Positions 36,670-48,049 of a DNA stretch of 64,000 nucleotides are shown one piece after another. This DNA is from Macrostomum hystrix (lineage: Eukaryota; Animalia; Platyhelminthes): NCBI GenBank assembly GCA_950097015.1, contig CATNEN010000038.1, positions 2,294,001 to 2,358,000 of the forward strand, written 5' to 3'. Below the pieces are notes generated by a model, which made no database searches, had not been told where the DNA came from, and saw only the letters and a program-made list of their open reading frames with translations. Every line of letters begins with the position of its first letter. Position 1 is the first letter of the stretch. The position numbers and the translations under genes are program-made.

Positions 36670-37560
36670 GATTCTTAGGCAGATTCCTACAAGTTAATTC
36701 TTGGGCAGATTCCCTCGAGTTAATTCTTGGGCAGATTCCTTCGAGTATAGTCTTGGGCAGATTCCTTCGAGTAAAATCTTGGACAGATTCCTTCGAGTTA
36801 ATTCTGGGGCAGATTCCCTCGAGTTAATTCTTGGGCAGATTCCTTCGAGTATAGTCTTGGGCAGATTCCTTCGAGTAAAATCTTGGACAGATTCCTTCGA
36901 GTTAATTCTGGGGCAGATTCCCTCGAGTTAATTCTTGGGCAGATTCCTTCGAGTAAAATCTTGGACAGATTCCTTTGAGTTAATTCTTGGACAGATTCCT
37001 TTGAGTTAATTCTTGGACAGATTCCTTTGAGTTAATTCTTGGACAGATTCCTTCGAGTTAATTCTTGGACAGATTCCTTCGAGTTTATTCTTGGACAGAT
37101 TCCTTCGAGTTAATTCTTGGGCAGATTCCTTCGAGTTAATTCTTGGACAGATTCCTTCGAGTTAAATCTTGGACAGATTCCTTGGAGTTAATTTTTGGGC
37201 AGATTCGTTCGAGTTTATTCTTAAGCAGATTCGTTCGAGTTTATTCTTGGACAGATTCCTTCGAGTTAATTCTTGGGCAGATTCCTTCGAGTTAATTCTT
37301 GGACAGATTCCTTCGAGTTAAATCTTGGACAGATTCCTTGGAGTTAATTTTTGGGCAGATTCGTTCGAGTTTATTCTTAAGCAGATTCGTTCGAGTTTAT
37401 TCTTGGACAGATTCCTTCGAGTTAATTCTTGGGCAGATTCCTTTGAGTTAATTCTTAAGCAGATTCCGTTGAGTTAATTCTTAAGCAGATTCCTTTCAGT
37501 TAATTCTTGGGCATATTCCTATGAGATAAATCTTGGGCAGATTCCTTCGAGTTAAGACTT
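36670..37560. repeat. 26-bp minisatellite
   Basis: ttcttggacagattccttcgagttaa repeated. Confidence 0.95.
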
Positions 37561-38071
37561 CGGCAGCTTTCCTAAAAAACTATTTGGAGGCAGATACCTT
37601 CCAGTTGATTATTCGGCAGATTCCATCGGGTCGGTTACATGGCAACCTTATAATTAAGACGATGCTTATTTAGTAAATAACTTTATAAAACTTAACTACT
37701 TCCTAACGCGTATAAAAAGCATGCAAAAAGTGACAATCAATAAAATCTATAGTCTTAAGCAAACAGATATGTTGCTGATGATCAAACGAGTCTTGTTAGA
37801 AGCTAAACAAAAGCAATTCTGGTACAATAATGTGCATGCATATTTGAATTAGGCATTCGCATAATTACATGTTAGTTTATATATAAATATATTTCTAAAT
37901 AGCAGCAGTGTCAATCAACAAAAGAAGACTAGATACAAGATAAACTGATGAACAGGGGATTTACAGTGTTAATATGCTAATAGCATATCGATATCAGAAA
38001 ACTGTTTGTTCTTAGTAGAACAGATAAAAATTCATTAATAACTAGAGATTTCAATTCGGGATTCCGATGAC

Positions 38072-39905
38072 TCAGAAGGGAAACTTGAAGGTGGCTGGGC
38101 CGGCAGCCGTAAAGCAGGAGCCAGCAGCTGCGGCGGCGGCTGCGGCGGCGGCAGCGGCTGCCGCGGGCATCATCAGGCCCTCGGGTGTCGGATGGCCATA
38201 GGAAGTCGGATGCTGCTGCTGCTGATGCTGCTGCTGATGCTGGAGGGAAGGCGGTTGAGGTGCCAGCATTGCCACAGTGTGCGGAGGCAGATGATGATGC
38301 AGCAAATGCTGAGGTGGTTGGCTCAGTGATATAGTCGGCTGATGAATGGACAGCTGCTGCTGCTGCTGTAACGATGCCGGCAGCGGTTGCTGCTGCTGCG
38401 AATCATCTTCATCCTCATCATCATTGTCGTTGTCATCCTGATCGTCCAGTTTGTCGGCATCGTCGCCATCGGCATCACCGGTGGTGCCGGCGGCGGTGGC
38501 AGCGGAGCCCTTGCCGTGCTTAGCCAAGTGTTTGTTTAAATAGGTTTCTGAATTATAATTCTTGCCGCAGACCCGGCACACTAACAGTTTGTTGTAGCGA
38601 CCGTTGGCGTGCTTGGCAGCGGTGTGGCCATCCAGCTCCTCGCGGGAGTCGAAGCACATGTAGCACGCCTCGCACCTGCATGCGTTGGTGGGGTTTATCT
38701 AGCCATGATTTTTCTTCATTACAGTCCACACAGAATGCCATTCGCCACAGTCTATGGTCAGGCATTACAGTCCACACTGTAATTCGCCACAGTCTATGGT
38801 CAGGCACTACAGTCCACACAGACTGTCATTCGCCACAGTCTATGGTCAGGCATTACAGTCCACACAGACTGTCATTCGCCACAGTCTATGGTTAGGCATT
38901 ACAGTCCACACAGACTGTCATTCGCCACAGTCTATGGTCAGGCATTACAGTCCACACAGACTGTCATTCGCCACAGTCTATGGTTAGGCACTACAGTCCA
39001 CACAGACTGTCATTCGCCAGTCTATGGTTAGGCATTACAGTCCACACAGACTGTCATTCGCCACAGTCTATGGTTAGGCATTACAGTCCACACAGACTGT
39101 CATTCGCCACAGTCTATGGTTAGGCATTACAGTCCACACAGACTGTCATTCGCCACAGTCTATGGTTAGGCATTACAGTCCACACAGACTGTCATTCGCC
39201 ACAGTCTATGGTTAGGCATTACAGTCAACAGACTGTCATTCGCCACAGTCTATGGTCAGGCATTACAGTCCACACAGACTGTCATTCGCCACAGTCTATG
39301 GTTAGGCATTACTGCTGCAGTAAAGCATGTCGAAGGCCCACCTGTGAGGCTTGTCCTTCATGTGCTGGCGCTGATGGCTCTGCAGGTTGCTCATCTGGGT
39401 GAAGCTTTTGGCGCAGTGCCAGCAGCGGTAGGGCTTGTCACCAGTGTGAATCCGCTCGTGCTGTTGCACGTGCGACAGCTGTGTGAAACGCTTATCGCAA
39501 TATTTGCAGCCATATGGCCGCTGGCCGCTGTGAATGCGCCGGTGCTGGCTGAGGTAGGCCGATGTGGCAAATTGACGACCGCAGGTGTCACAGTGGTAGG
39601 GCCTGTTGTCGCCACCACTGCTGGAGGAGCCAGCTGCTGGCGGTCTAGCAGGAGCGCTGGCGGTTGCGTCCTGCTTGCCAAAAGCCAGCTGAGCAAGTAA
39701 GGGAACAAAAATGATAACGATGAGTAGATGACGAGGAACTTGGCTATGAAATTACAAAGTTAGTTACTCTTTGGGTTTACCCACAGCTCTCTCTCTCTCC
39801 AACAGAAACTATTAATTACAGAGATTATTACAGAGACTATTAATGGGAATCAATAGGAGTGGGCCATATTAGGCTTACCTTGGCAGATCTTTTATTGTTA
39901 GGCAT
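38072..39905 (-). CDS. C2H2 zinc-finger transcription factor, rotund/lin-29/ZNF384-ZNF362 family
   Basis: Exons 39879-39905 (MPNNKRSAK, in-frame TAA upstream), 39342-39670 (RPYHCDTCGRQFATSAYLSQHRRIHSGQRPYGCKYCDKRFTQLSHVQQHERIHTGDKPYRCWHCAKSFTQMSNLQSHQRQH), 38072-38675 (CEACYMCF..., CRVCGKNYNSETYLNKHLAKH, then acidic, poly-Q and poly-A tail). YLSQH, TQLSH, SNLQSH and ETYL match the family. Confidence 0.9.
38716..39312. repeat. 46-bp intronic minisatellite
   Basis: cattacagtccacacagactgtcattcgccacagtctatggttagg, about 13 copies. Confidence 0.95.
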
Positions 39906-40340
39906 TTTTTCTAGCTTAGCGCAAGCCCCAGATGAACTTCATCACAGGTGAAATGTTCAAGCAATAATGCTGGACTGTTCCTGCAGTCTGTGGTGACACA
40001 GATGCTAGAATGATTAAATATTTACAGTATTTACAATTTACAGCTCACAGCATGGCAGACCACTGTCCAGTGTACAAGCAAAAATATGTAAATCATTCAA
40101 ATGCTTAATTTATTAGTACAGTCTGCTATACTCTATTCATAAGTGAATTTTCTAGTGAAATGAGCTTTTAAATTCTTAAAAGTCAATACCTTCAGTCTTA
40201 GAAGCCTTGTAAAAGCATTTATAAAAATATAATGTAACTGTGTGAATGAACCTCATTTTGTATGCAACAGGCTTTTAAACAGCAGTCAAAACCCTGGCAA
40301 CAAAAACCCATTCAATAGAGCTCTTAGAGGGCATTCTACA

Positions 40341-40619
40341 CATACATGCGCAACACCCGGCCGACCCGGCCGAACCGGCCGGGTGAAACGAGGGCCAAGC
40401 AAGGTAAGTCACAAAAACCAATCGACCAAGCGCAAAAAAATCAAAGGGGGGACCAAGGGACAAAAAAGGAAGGCGTGAAGAAAAGGAAAAAGGGGAGAGA
40501 AAAAGAGCAAATGAGAGCAAACTAAGTCGTAAATAGAGCAATGAAACGAACTAAGTCGCAAATGAGAGCAAAAACTAAGTCGCACGGCCGGCTAAGATTT
40601 GGGAGGTTGCGCATGTATG
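40341..40619. mobile_element. hAT-superfamily MITE (279 bp)
   Basis: 14-bp TIR CATACATGCGCAAC...GTTGCGCATGTATG; perfect 8-bp TSD ATTCTACA on both sides; subterminal ccggccg and ctaagtcg repeats. Confidence 0.9.
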
Positions 40620-43134
40620 ATTCTACATATTTCCCTAAATTCAGGGAAATATTGACAGTGTTTACCCAGATTAGCTCCAAAACATAATCAAAATGTTCTC
40701 TATTTTTCATATTTGGAAACAAAATATTTTACTTTTTTAAACACTGTATAGTTTGCTTTAATTCACAAAATAAAATCTTAAATATATTTTGCTTAAATTG
40801 TACATTTTTGATAAATTAGCATTATTTGATTAAATGCCAAATGGCAGTTGATAAAAACAACATTCCATATGTTAACTAATTATAGGCCTATGTACAACTA
40901 AAAAAAGTTTTATAAGATTTTGACTAGGCCTATAGGCCTATTTCTCTTGTGAAAGAAATATTATTTTGTGGTTTTTAAATTGTTTTATAGCTAAGCTAAC
41001 CAAAACCCTTAAAGCATAATTAACCTTACAAATAAGAGGGTAGATAGACAATACATCATGGCATGGTAGCAAAGTTATACATTTCTTAAAATCTGGCAAC
41101 TGATAAAAATTATAAGTTAAATAGTCTAGGCTTAATATAGGGCCTAGCCCTTATATATAGCAATAGCATAGGCAAGGCATATAATTTAAACTTCAAGCCA
41201 ACCAATTTAGGCATAGGCCAAGGCCTAGGTATTTCAATTAGGCCTAGGCCTAATAGAAAAAACAGTGACACTATAGTGTCAGTGTCACAGTATGAACACT
41301 GCTGAACAGCTGCTATGCTATGCATTCAATTAAAACACTGGGTGAATGTGGCTACCATGCAAACAAGCTTTCAGTAGACCTAGGCCTAATTAGTCTGGCA
41401 AAGTGGCAATTGAGGTGGTGAGGTGGCAATGAGTCAATGACAATGACAAATAATAATCAGATAGGTCAGCTGGCCAGGCCCTAATGAACCTTATGGATGA
41501 ATAAAATGCATGTCACACCACAACAGTTAGACTAACATGACAAAAACAGCTTTAGTGATACTTTCATTATACAATTTGACATTTGTTAGGCTTAGGCCTA
41601 CTATTGTTGTTATCATTGTTATTGTATGAATAGGCCAAACCATTTTATTTGTACATTTACTGTCCTATAAATGTAATAATAAATGTACAGTAAATGTCAA
41701 ATTACTGTAAAATTTGACAAATAGTAAAATTTGCTATTTTTACAGTCACTGTATGATTAGGAATAGTGATTTTGCTATTTGTACAGTCACCATATGAACA
41801 ATAACGAACAAGTCTAATCTTGGCTATATAGACTAGACTAACTTAGCTTAGCTAGCTAACACTATAATTTTTCAGATTTTTTTTATTTAGCAAAGCCTAG
41901 GCTAGGGCAATGTATTGACAATTATTTTAACAGTCATTTTTAGGTGAAAAGCATAAAAATACACTTCCCTGGTATTATAACTCGCAAGCAATCAGCTCGC
42001 AAATTCCAGAACTATTAAAAGACGTTCCCAATTTCCGGGAAATAAAGCAGCAAGAAAACTTAATAAAACACAGGGTTATAGTATCTGTGGAGCCGAACAG
42101 CTTTTTTCTGTCAAGTTCTCACTAATAGTCACTAATAATTCGTTTGTTATTTGTGCTGTCGTCCTAATGGGCCGCAAAGTTATACTGCGCTGTTTCGCAG
42201 AATTTCCGCACAGATTTTTTTCGAAATCTTAAAAGCCAAGTTTAAAACGATCGTACAGTTACCACCAGCCAATAGCTCGACTGCGGCTGGTGGTAAATTT
42301 CGCCAGCGGCCCGCAAACTATTTTCTTCTTATTTGCGTGTCACTCACGACGCGCTTTTTCCGTCTATCTTTTGGAATCTGCGTATAGGTCAGCACTGGTC
42401 CAGGTGACGCAATTTCTCGATCCCTCCCAGGATGGCTGCGCCCAATTAAGTACTATGCATGTTCGCTCTAGAGCTAGAAGACACATCTGCTATTGATGTC
42501 GCCCCTTTTCTGGCCGCGTCTCGCTAAAACAGTAGGCGCTACTACCTGCTCCCAGCGCAGTGGGAGAACCGGCCTCATCCCTCCGTAACACTCCATCTCT
42601 TATGATATTGGAGCTTTGGTTGTGACTGCGTGGCCAAGATCCCAGGGACCAAGGGGAAAAGACCAGCCTGGTTGTAAACAAAATAGTTAGTAGTTCCTGC
42701 AGCTGGTTGTGAAAATGTAGAACCTTCATGCTGGGTAGCGCCAGCAGCACCACCAGCTAACCTACGGGACACTTTTGTTGCTTGTGGGTAAACTGAACCC
42801 TCTTTGTTAGGCCTAACTTACTTTAAAACTAAAACTCTTCCTCCTGGTGTCTAACAGGCAAGCTGCTTCTGTAGACATTTAAGGGATAAGCACAAGTCAT
42901 ATTAATTAATCTTTAATTATATCTTTGGCGAAAAAGATTTATGGAAAGCTTTATTAAAAGAGTTAAACACCCCGGACAGGCTGCAATTCAAGCTTCAAGA
43001 AACAATAGAAAAAGTTCAGGGGCTGAAAATTGCCGTCAAAAGAAGGCAAAGCTTCTAAAAGCCAGCGCACCAGGCTGCCAAAACCTAACATCAATGTTAA
43101 AAGTAGTAAAGACTACCAATGATGACGCCCATTC

Positions 43135-43392
43135 TGCTGGTGATGGCGCCCAGGCTCCCGGTGATGGCACTCAAGCTACCGGTGATCATGGCACTCAAGC
43201 TCCCGGTGATGACACCTAAGCTCCCGGTGATGACACCCAAGCTGCCGGTGATGACGCCCAAGCTCCCGGTGATGGCACTCAAGCTCCCTGTGATGACACC
43301 TAAGCTCCCGGTGATGGTACCCAAGCTCCCAGTGATCATGGCACTCAAGCTCCCGCGGTGATGGCACCTAAGCTACCGGTGATGGCGCCCAA
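43135..43392. repeat. 21/24-bp minisatellite
   Basis: caagctcccggtgatggcact repeated. Confidence 0.9.
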
Positions 43393-43403
43393 CATCACCC
43401 AAC

Positions 43404-45450
43404 TTGGCCGACAATGACCAAGGACGTGAAGGGCTTCGTAGCAACGTACGACAAGTGTCAGAAGACGGCTCGAATCCCGAGCAGCCACCGGGTGAAGCTT
43501 GTGCAAGTGCCTGGAGTGGAGGCCTTTACCAAAGATGTCATCGACATCAGCGGGCCGTATCCAAGGACGGCGAGCGGTCACCAGTACATCCTGTCGGTTA
43601 TCGATGCGGCTACTCGGTTTCCAGAAGGATTCCCACTGCGCAAGATCGATGCGGAGTCTTTGGCCAAGGCATTGATCATGGACTGCTTTGTGAGGACCGG
43701 CTTCCCGAAGGCCCCAGTGCGACAGAGGCACTAACTTCTCCTCGGCACTGCTGCAGGCCCTGTACCGGTGCACCAGAGTTGAAGGCATCCAGTCGACACC
43801 GTACCACCCGCAAAGCCAGGCGTAGGACCGACCTGGTGGAGCACCGAATCCGGACGACATCTGACCGCGTTGTGCGCATCCGGCCGCGACGGGAGCGGCA
43901 GGCGCATCGACAGGTGCTCCAAGAGGAGATCCAACGCATGCTGGACCTCGGAGTGATCGAACCGTCGGACAGTGACTACTGCTCTCCGGTTTGTCTAGTG
44001 GCCAAGAAGGACGGCTTGGTCCGATTCACTGTCAACTTCAAGGCGCTGAATGAGCTGGTGGCTTCCTATCCAATGAAGAACATCAAGGATCTGCTGGAGC
44101 GAGTCGCCAAGGCCAAGTTCATATCCAAGCTAGATTGCTGCAAGGGCTACTGGCAGTTTCCTCTGTCCGAGAAATCGAAGCGGCTGACGGCATTCGCGGC
44201 CGGTGGCAAGCTCTACCAATTCGCCGGGTTTAAACTGCAGCAGCGCAACGTACCAGAGGCTCATGGACAAAATGTTCCAAGGGCTGGGCAACGCAGACTC
44301 ATACGTCGACGACATCGCCGTGTTCAGCGAGACCTTCGAGCAGCACGTCCACGACCTGAGGGAGGTGTTAGGACGCCTCCAGGCTGCCGGTCTGACGGTG
44401 CAGCCACGCAAATGCTTCCTGGGCGGCAACTCGGCGGACTACCTCGGCTTCAAGTTTGGCGGAGGCCAGATCGGCACGAGCGAGGATCGAGTGTGGACTA
44501 TCACGGCACTGGCTCGACCCCAGACCAAGGCCCAGCTGCGATCAGTGCTCGGAGTGCTCAATCACTACCGTCGGTTCGTGCCCGGCTACTCTGACAAGGT
44601 GGCAGCCCTGACTGACCTCACTAAGAAGTCGGCGCCCGAGGACCTAAGAGCCGCCTGGGGAGAACAACAGACTCGAGCCTTCGAGACAGTGAAGTCTCTG
44701 CTGGCGAGCGAGCCGGTACTACGCGCGCCGGATTACAGTCGGCCATTCATTCTGGAGACGGACAGCTCGGAGACCGGCATCGGTGCGGTGTTAACGCAAG
44801 AGTTCGAGGACGGCCACCATCCGGTGCTATTCGTATCGCGGAGTCTGACTTCGGCGGAGCGGAGCTATGCGACGATTGAGAAGGAGTGCCTCGCGGTGCG
44901 CAGGGCGGTCGAGAAACTGCGCCACTACCTGCTCGGCCGCTGGTTCGTTATCAAGTCGGACCACAAGCCACTGCAGTACCTGCAGATGGACCACACCCAC
45001 CCGCGGCTCCAACGGTAGGCCTTCTATCTGGCTACGACTACGAGATCCGGTACCAGCCAGGCAGAAGCAATACGGTGGCCGACGGTCTCAGCCGCATCTG
45101 GACTGATTGATTGACCGAATGATTTAGTGACTGACTCAACATTTTGTGACTGTCCACGCGATTTATCGTACCAGACGGCTCAGTAACTGATTTCGCATTG
45201 CTGCTGGTTTAATAGATTTTGCAGTGCCGTAGGATCGATTGATTTGTAGTGTCGTAGTTTAAACGATTTTGCGTTGCCGATTTTGATTTTAGTTTTGCTG
45301 TTTCCTGCGATTCAATTCTGACCCGAATTTTGGTCCGGCTTCGTTCTTGTGGTGGAGGATGTGACGTTAACTTTTCTTTGTACCACCCCGTGGGGTCGGT
45401 GCTCTAAATACGAGATGTGCGTAGTGCTTAGAGGCCGTGCGTTTTTTGGA
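43404..45450 (+). mobile_element. Truncated Ty3/Gypsy pol with IN-RT-RH order (Gmr1-like) and start of the 3' LTR
   Basis: Integrase part (DISGPYPRTASGHQYILSVIDAATRFPE...PYHPQ) at 43414-43818; RT (VIEPSDSDYCSPVCLVAKKDG, KGYWQ, YVDD) from about 43820; RNase H (ETDSSETGIGAVL, YATIEKECLA, SDHKPL, NTVADGLSR then stop at 45110); purine-rich tract then TGTGACG at 45360. Frameshifted. Confidence 0.88.
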
Positions 45451-46733
45451 CCTCCGTGGCTCAACTTGGAGCCTGTGAATCGTGTCTCTCATTCTTATTT
45501 GATTAAAAGAATGCAACAGACTGATTGGTGAAAAAGACCCGGACAACCACGTTAGTCGCGCTGCTGCCAATGCTTGTTATCTTCCCCCACAGATCCAAAA
45601 TGAATTCCTCGATATTGCGTTGAAGTTACAGAGAGAGAAGTTCATCCTGCAAGTTCAGAATGCTGAATGCTGAGCTTTGATTGTTGATGAGACTATGAAT
45701 CTGCAGAAGAGAGCAGCTTGTGATCGTTGCCCGCTATAAGTCAGTCACCGCCGACGGCTCTGTGCAGCAGAATGAGGACCTTGTGTCAATGTTAGATCTT
45801 GTCTCTTACATTGCTGGCAGCACTGACTCACGGGAAGAAGATCGGCTTAGTGGTGAGAATATTGCCGCAGCGATAGTTCATCGACTAGATTTGACCTTGC
45901 ACGATGCGTGGCTCAGTGCTATGATGGCGCCTCTGGGATGGCCAGTGAGAGAGTTGGAGTCGCAGCACACATTCAGGCTAATTGGCTAAATCTGAGTGCC
46001 GTTAAATTCCCGACGGTCAGAAACCCGCTGGGTGTAATTCAATAAGTTTTAGCTGCATTTCAGACCAGTGGAAAAAACGTTCCTACTCAAACAGATTATT
46101 CAAGAGTCGCGGTATTTGGAGCGTCACACTGCCGTTGTAACATTTCGTCAGCTTTTCTGTCATGTGGTAAGATGCTCTGAAAGAAATGAAGACCTGGCGT
46201 GGATCGGAGGCAGCTCGATCACCGACAACTTCGCATGCTGTGGTTCACAACCACATCGTGGTCGTCGGTATGATACTTGAAAGACTTGCTGATTATGCTT
46301 GCCTCCGATGATGAGAGATAAGAGATGCCTCCTGTGGCTCGAAGGCTTCAAGCCTTCCATGAGGTGAAGGGGGTACTTTTAGTGCTGAAGGCTCAGCAAA
46401 GCGGGAATCAGTATCACAATTTATTTAATGAAGCACGGGCCCTCGCACTTAAGCTTGACATAGATCAGAAAATACGTCGACAAGGACGCCCGGTGGCTCG
46501 TCTTCCAGAATGCGCAGGTAAATCAAGTGCAGTCGCAGACTGTTATCTCTAGTGCGGAAGGCTACTTCAGAACTGCTGTGGATTATCCGGCGGTAGATGA
46601 TACTTGAAGTATTTAAGACGATATCAAGCTGCGGTTTGGAGTGCCACAGCGCCAGGCCTTTTATAGTCTGAGCTTTCTTCTGCCCGCAAATTTTGATGAC
46701 ACAAAATTAGATGCGCAACTTGTTCTTGTCCAG

Positions 46734-46976
46734 TGTAACACACTAAAAGTGGGGAACGAACCTCGCGCTGGCAGACCGAGACCAGTTTCTGGCTTGTTTG
46801 CCTTCGTCAGTCAGCCATAGCCACACGCAGTCCTCTCCCACCACTCTTAGTGTGCACAGAAGTCTCTTTTAAGCTTGCCATTTTTATGGCGATATTTTTT
46901 TAGTGTTATGTGAGAGTTTTTCAGCCAAGTCTTTGCTTTTCTACTGTTGTCAGTAGTCTGAATTGTATCTCTCACA
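46734..46976. mobile_element. Short solo LTR (243 bp), copy 1
   Basis: TGTAACA...TCTCACA with perfect 5-bp TSD TCCAG; highly similar to 54932-55179. Confidence 0.88.
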
Positions 46977-46981
46977 TCCAG

Positions 46982-47240
46982 GAAGCAGCACAGCAGCAGC
47001 CTTTTAAGGGATCCCTTTGCTGTGCTTAAGCGAGATTATCTGCTGTGGCCTCAGCAGTGGTCAACAGCCGCTTCCGAGGCTCGTGAACTGCAACGCCGAC
47101 TGCCAGGTAGTTCTGGTCGGTCCGGGCGTCTGCCAACTGCTCAAGTTCCCCGCTGTGCCCCACGAGCTGCTCAACATGCCGGGCGAGTTCTATGTTCGAT
47201 TCTAGCCATCAAGATGAGACCGTCTTCACTGGGCTGACAG
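46982..47240 (+). pseudogene. Orphan copy of the last exon of the WSC-domain gene
   Basis: NCNADCQVVLVGPGVCQLLKFPAVPHELLNMPGEFYVRF* and the following 3' UTR are near-identical to 50198-50355. Confidence 0.75.
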
Positions 47241-48049
47241 ACACATGTGCAACAAGGGAGCTAAAACATAATATAAAAATGCTGGCTTATATTTCTGAGC
47301 AACTCGGATTACTTAAAACTCTGGCCAGCATAAAATGTAATTATTTCCAAGTTTGCATGGATCTCAGTCTCAAAATATACTGACTAGGCTTTAGTAACAT
47401 CCTTTTGCAGCCATTGTAAAGCATTAAGTTCTTTTCAAACTTTAGGGGGCATATTTAGTTCACGTGATTAATAACATTAACAGCAATCAGTACCATGCAC
47501 AGATAATATATAACTCTGGGCGTTGAATGCTATATAGGAATGCTATATGCTATAGGAACAGCTATCTATATGCTATCAATATGCTATAGGACCTCAATGC
47601 TATAGGAATGCAGGAATGCTATATCCTGAACTCTATAGCCAGAGTGCTATAGGTTATATATTATCTGTGGTACCATGTCCAATAAATATTTTCTGCGTTC
47701 TACCCACGCAATCCTCGTTATAATTGGTGATGCGAACGTAGCAATAAACAAAACGCAATTTTCAAAGCAGCATTCCTACATAATTCATGATTTTATAACA
47801 TGAGTGGAGCTAACAATTGCCGTGGAAAAGATGAACGCATCAGGGGCGTGCGGAAGGCTCTCAGCTATATTTTTTGAGAAACAGGAGACGGGAAGCAATT
47901 AGTTGATTCTCAGTTGAATTTATTTTACCTCTGTGCTATAGGTGACAGTAGTGTACAGGGATAGAGGCATATATACAATGGCATTGGTACACCTCACTGT
48001 ATTATTAAATTAATCTCACATCAAGAAAATTATTATCCGCTGTCTCACA

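Larger units (their letters stand above)
42941..46700 (+). pseudogene. Decayed ZMYM1-like hAT transposase interrupted by a Gypsy fragment
   Basis: N-terminal RKSSGAENCRQKK at about 43005; core NACYLPPQIQNEFLDI...EC*ALIVDETMNLQKREQLVIVARY and LSGENIA from about 45520; stops and frameshifts; TIRs not found. Confidence 0.7.

Noticed and set aside
42490-42772. Short minus-strand ORFs upstream of the zinc-finger gene
   Set aside because: No recognisable motif and no convincing in-frame splice link.
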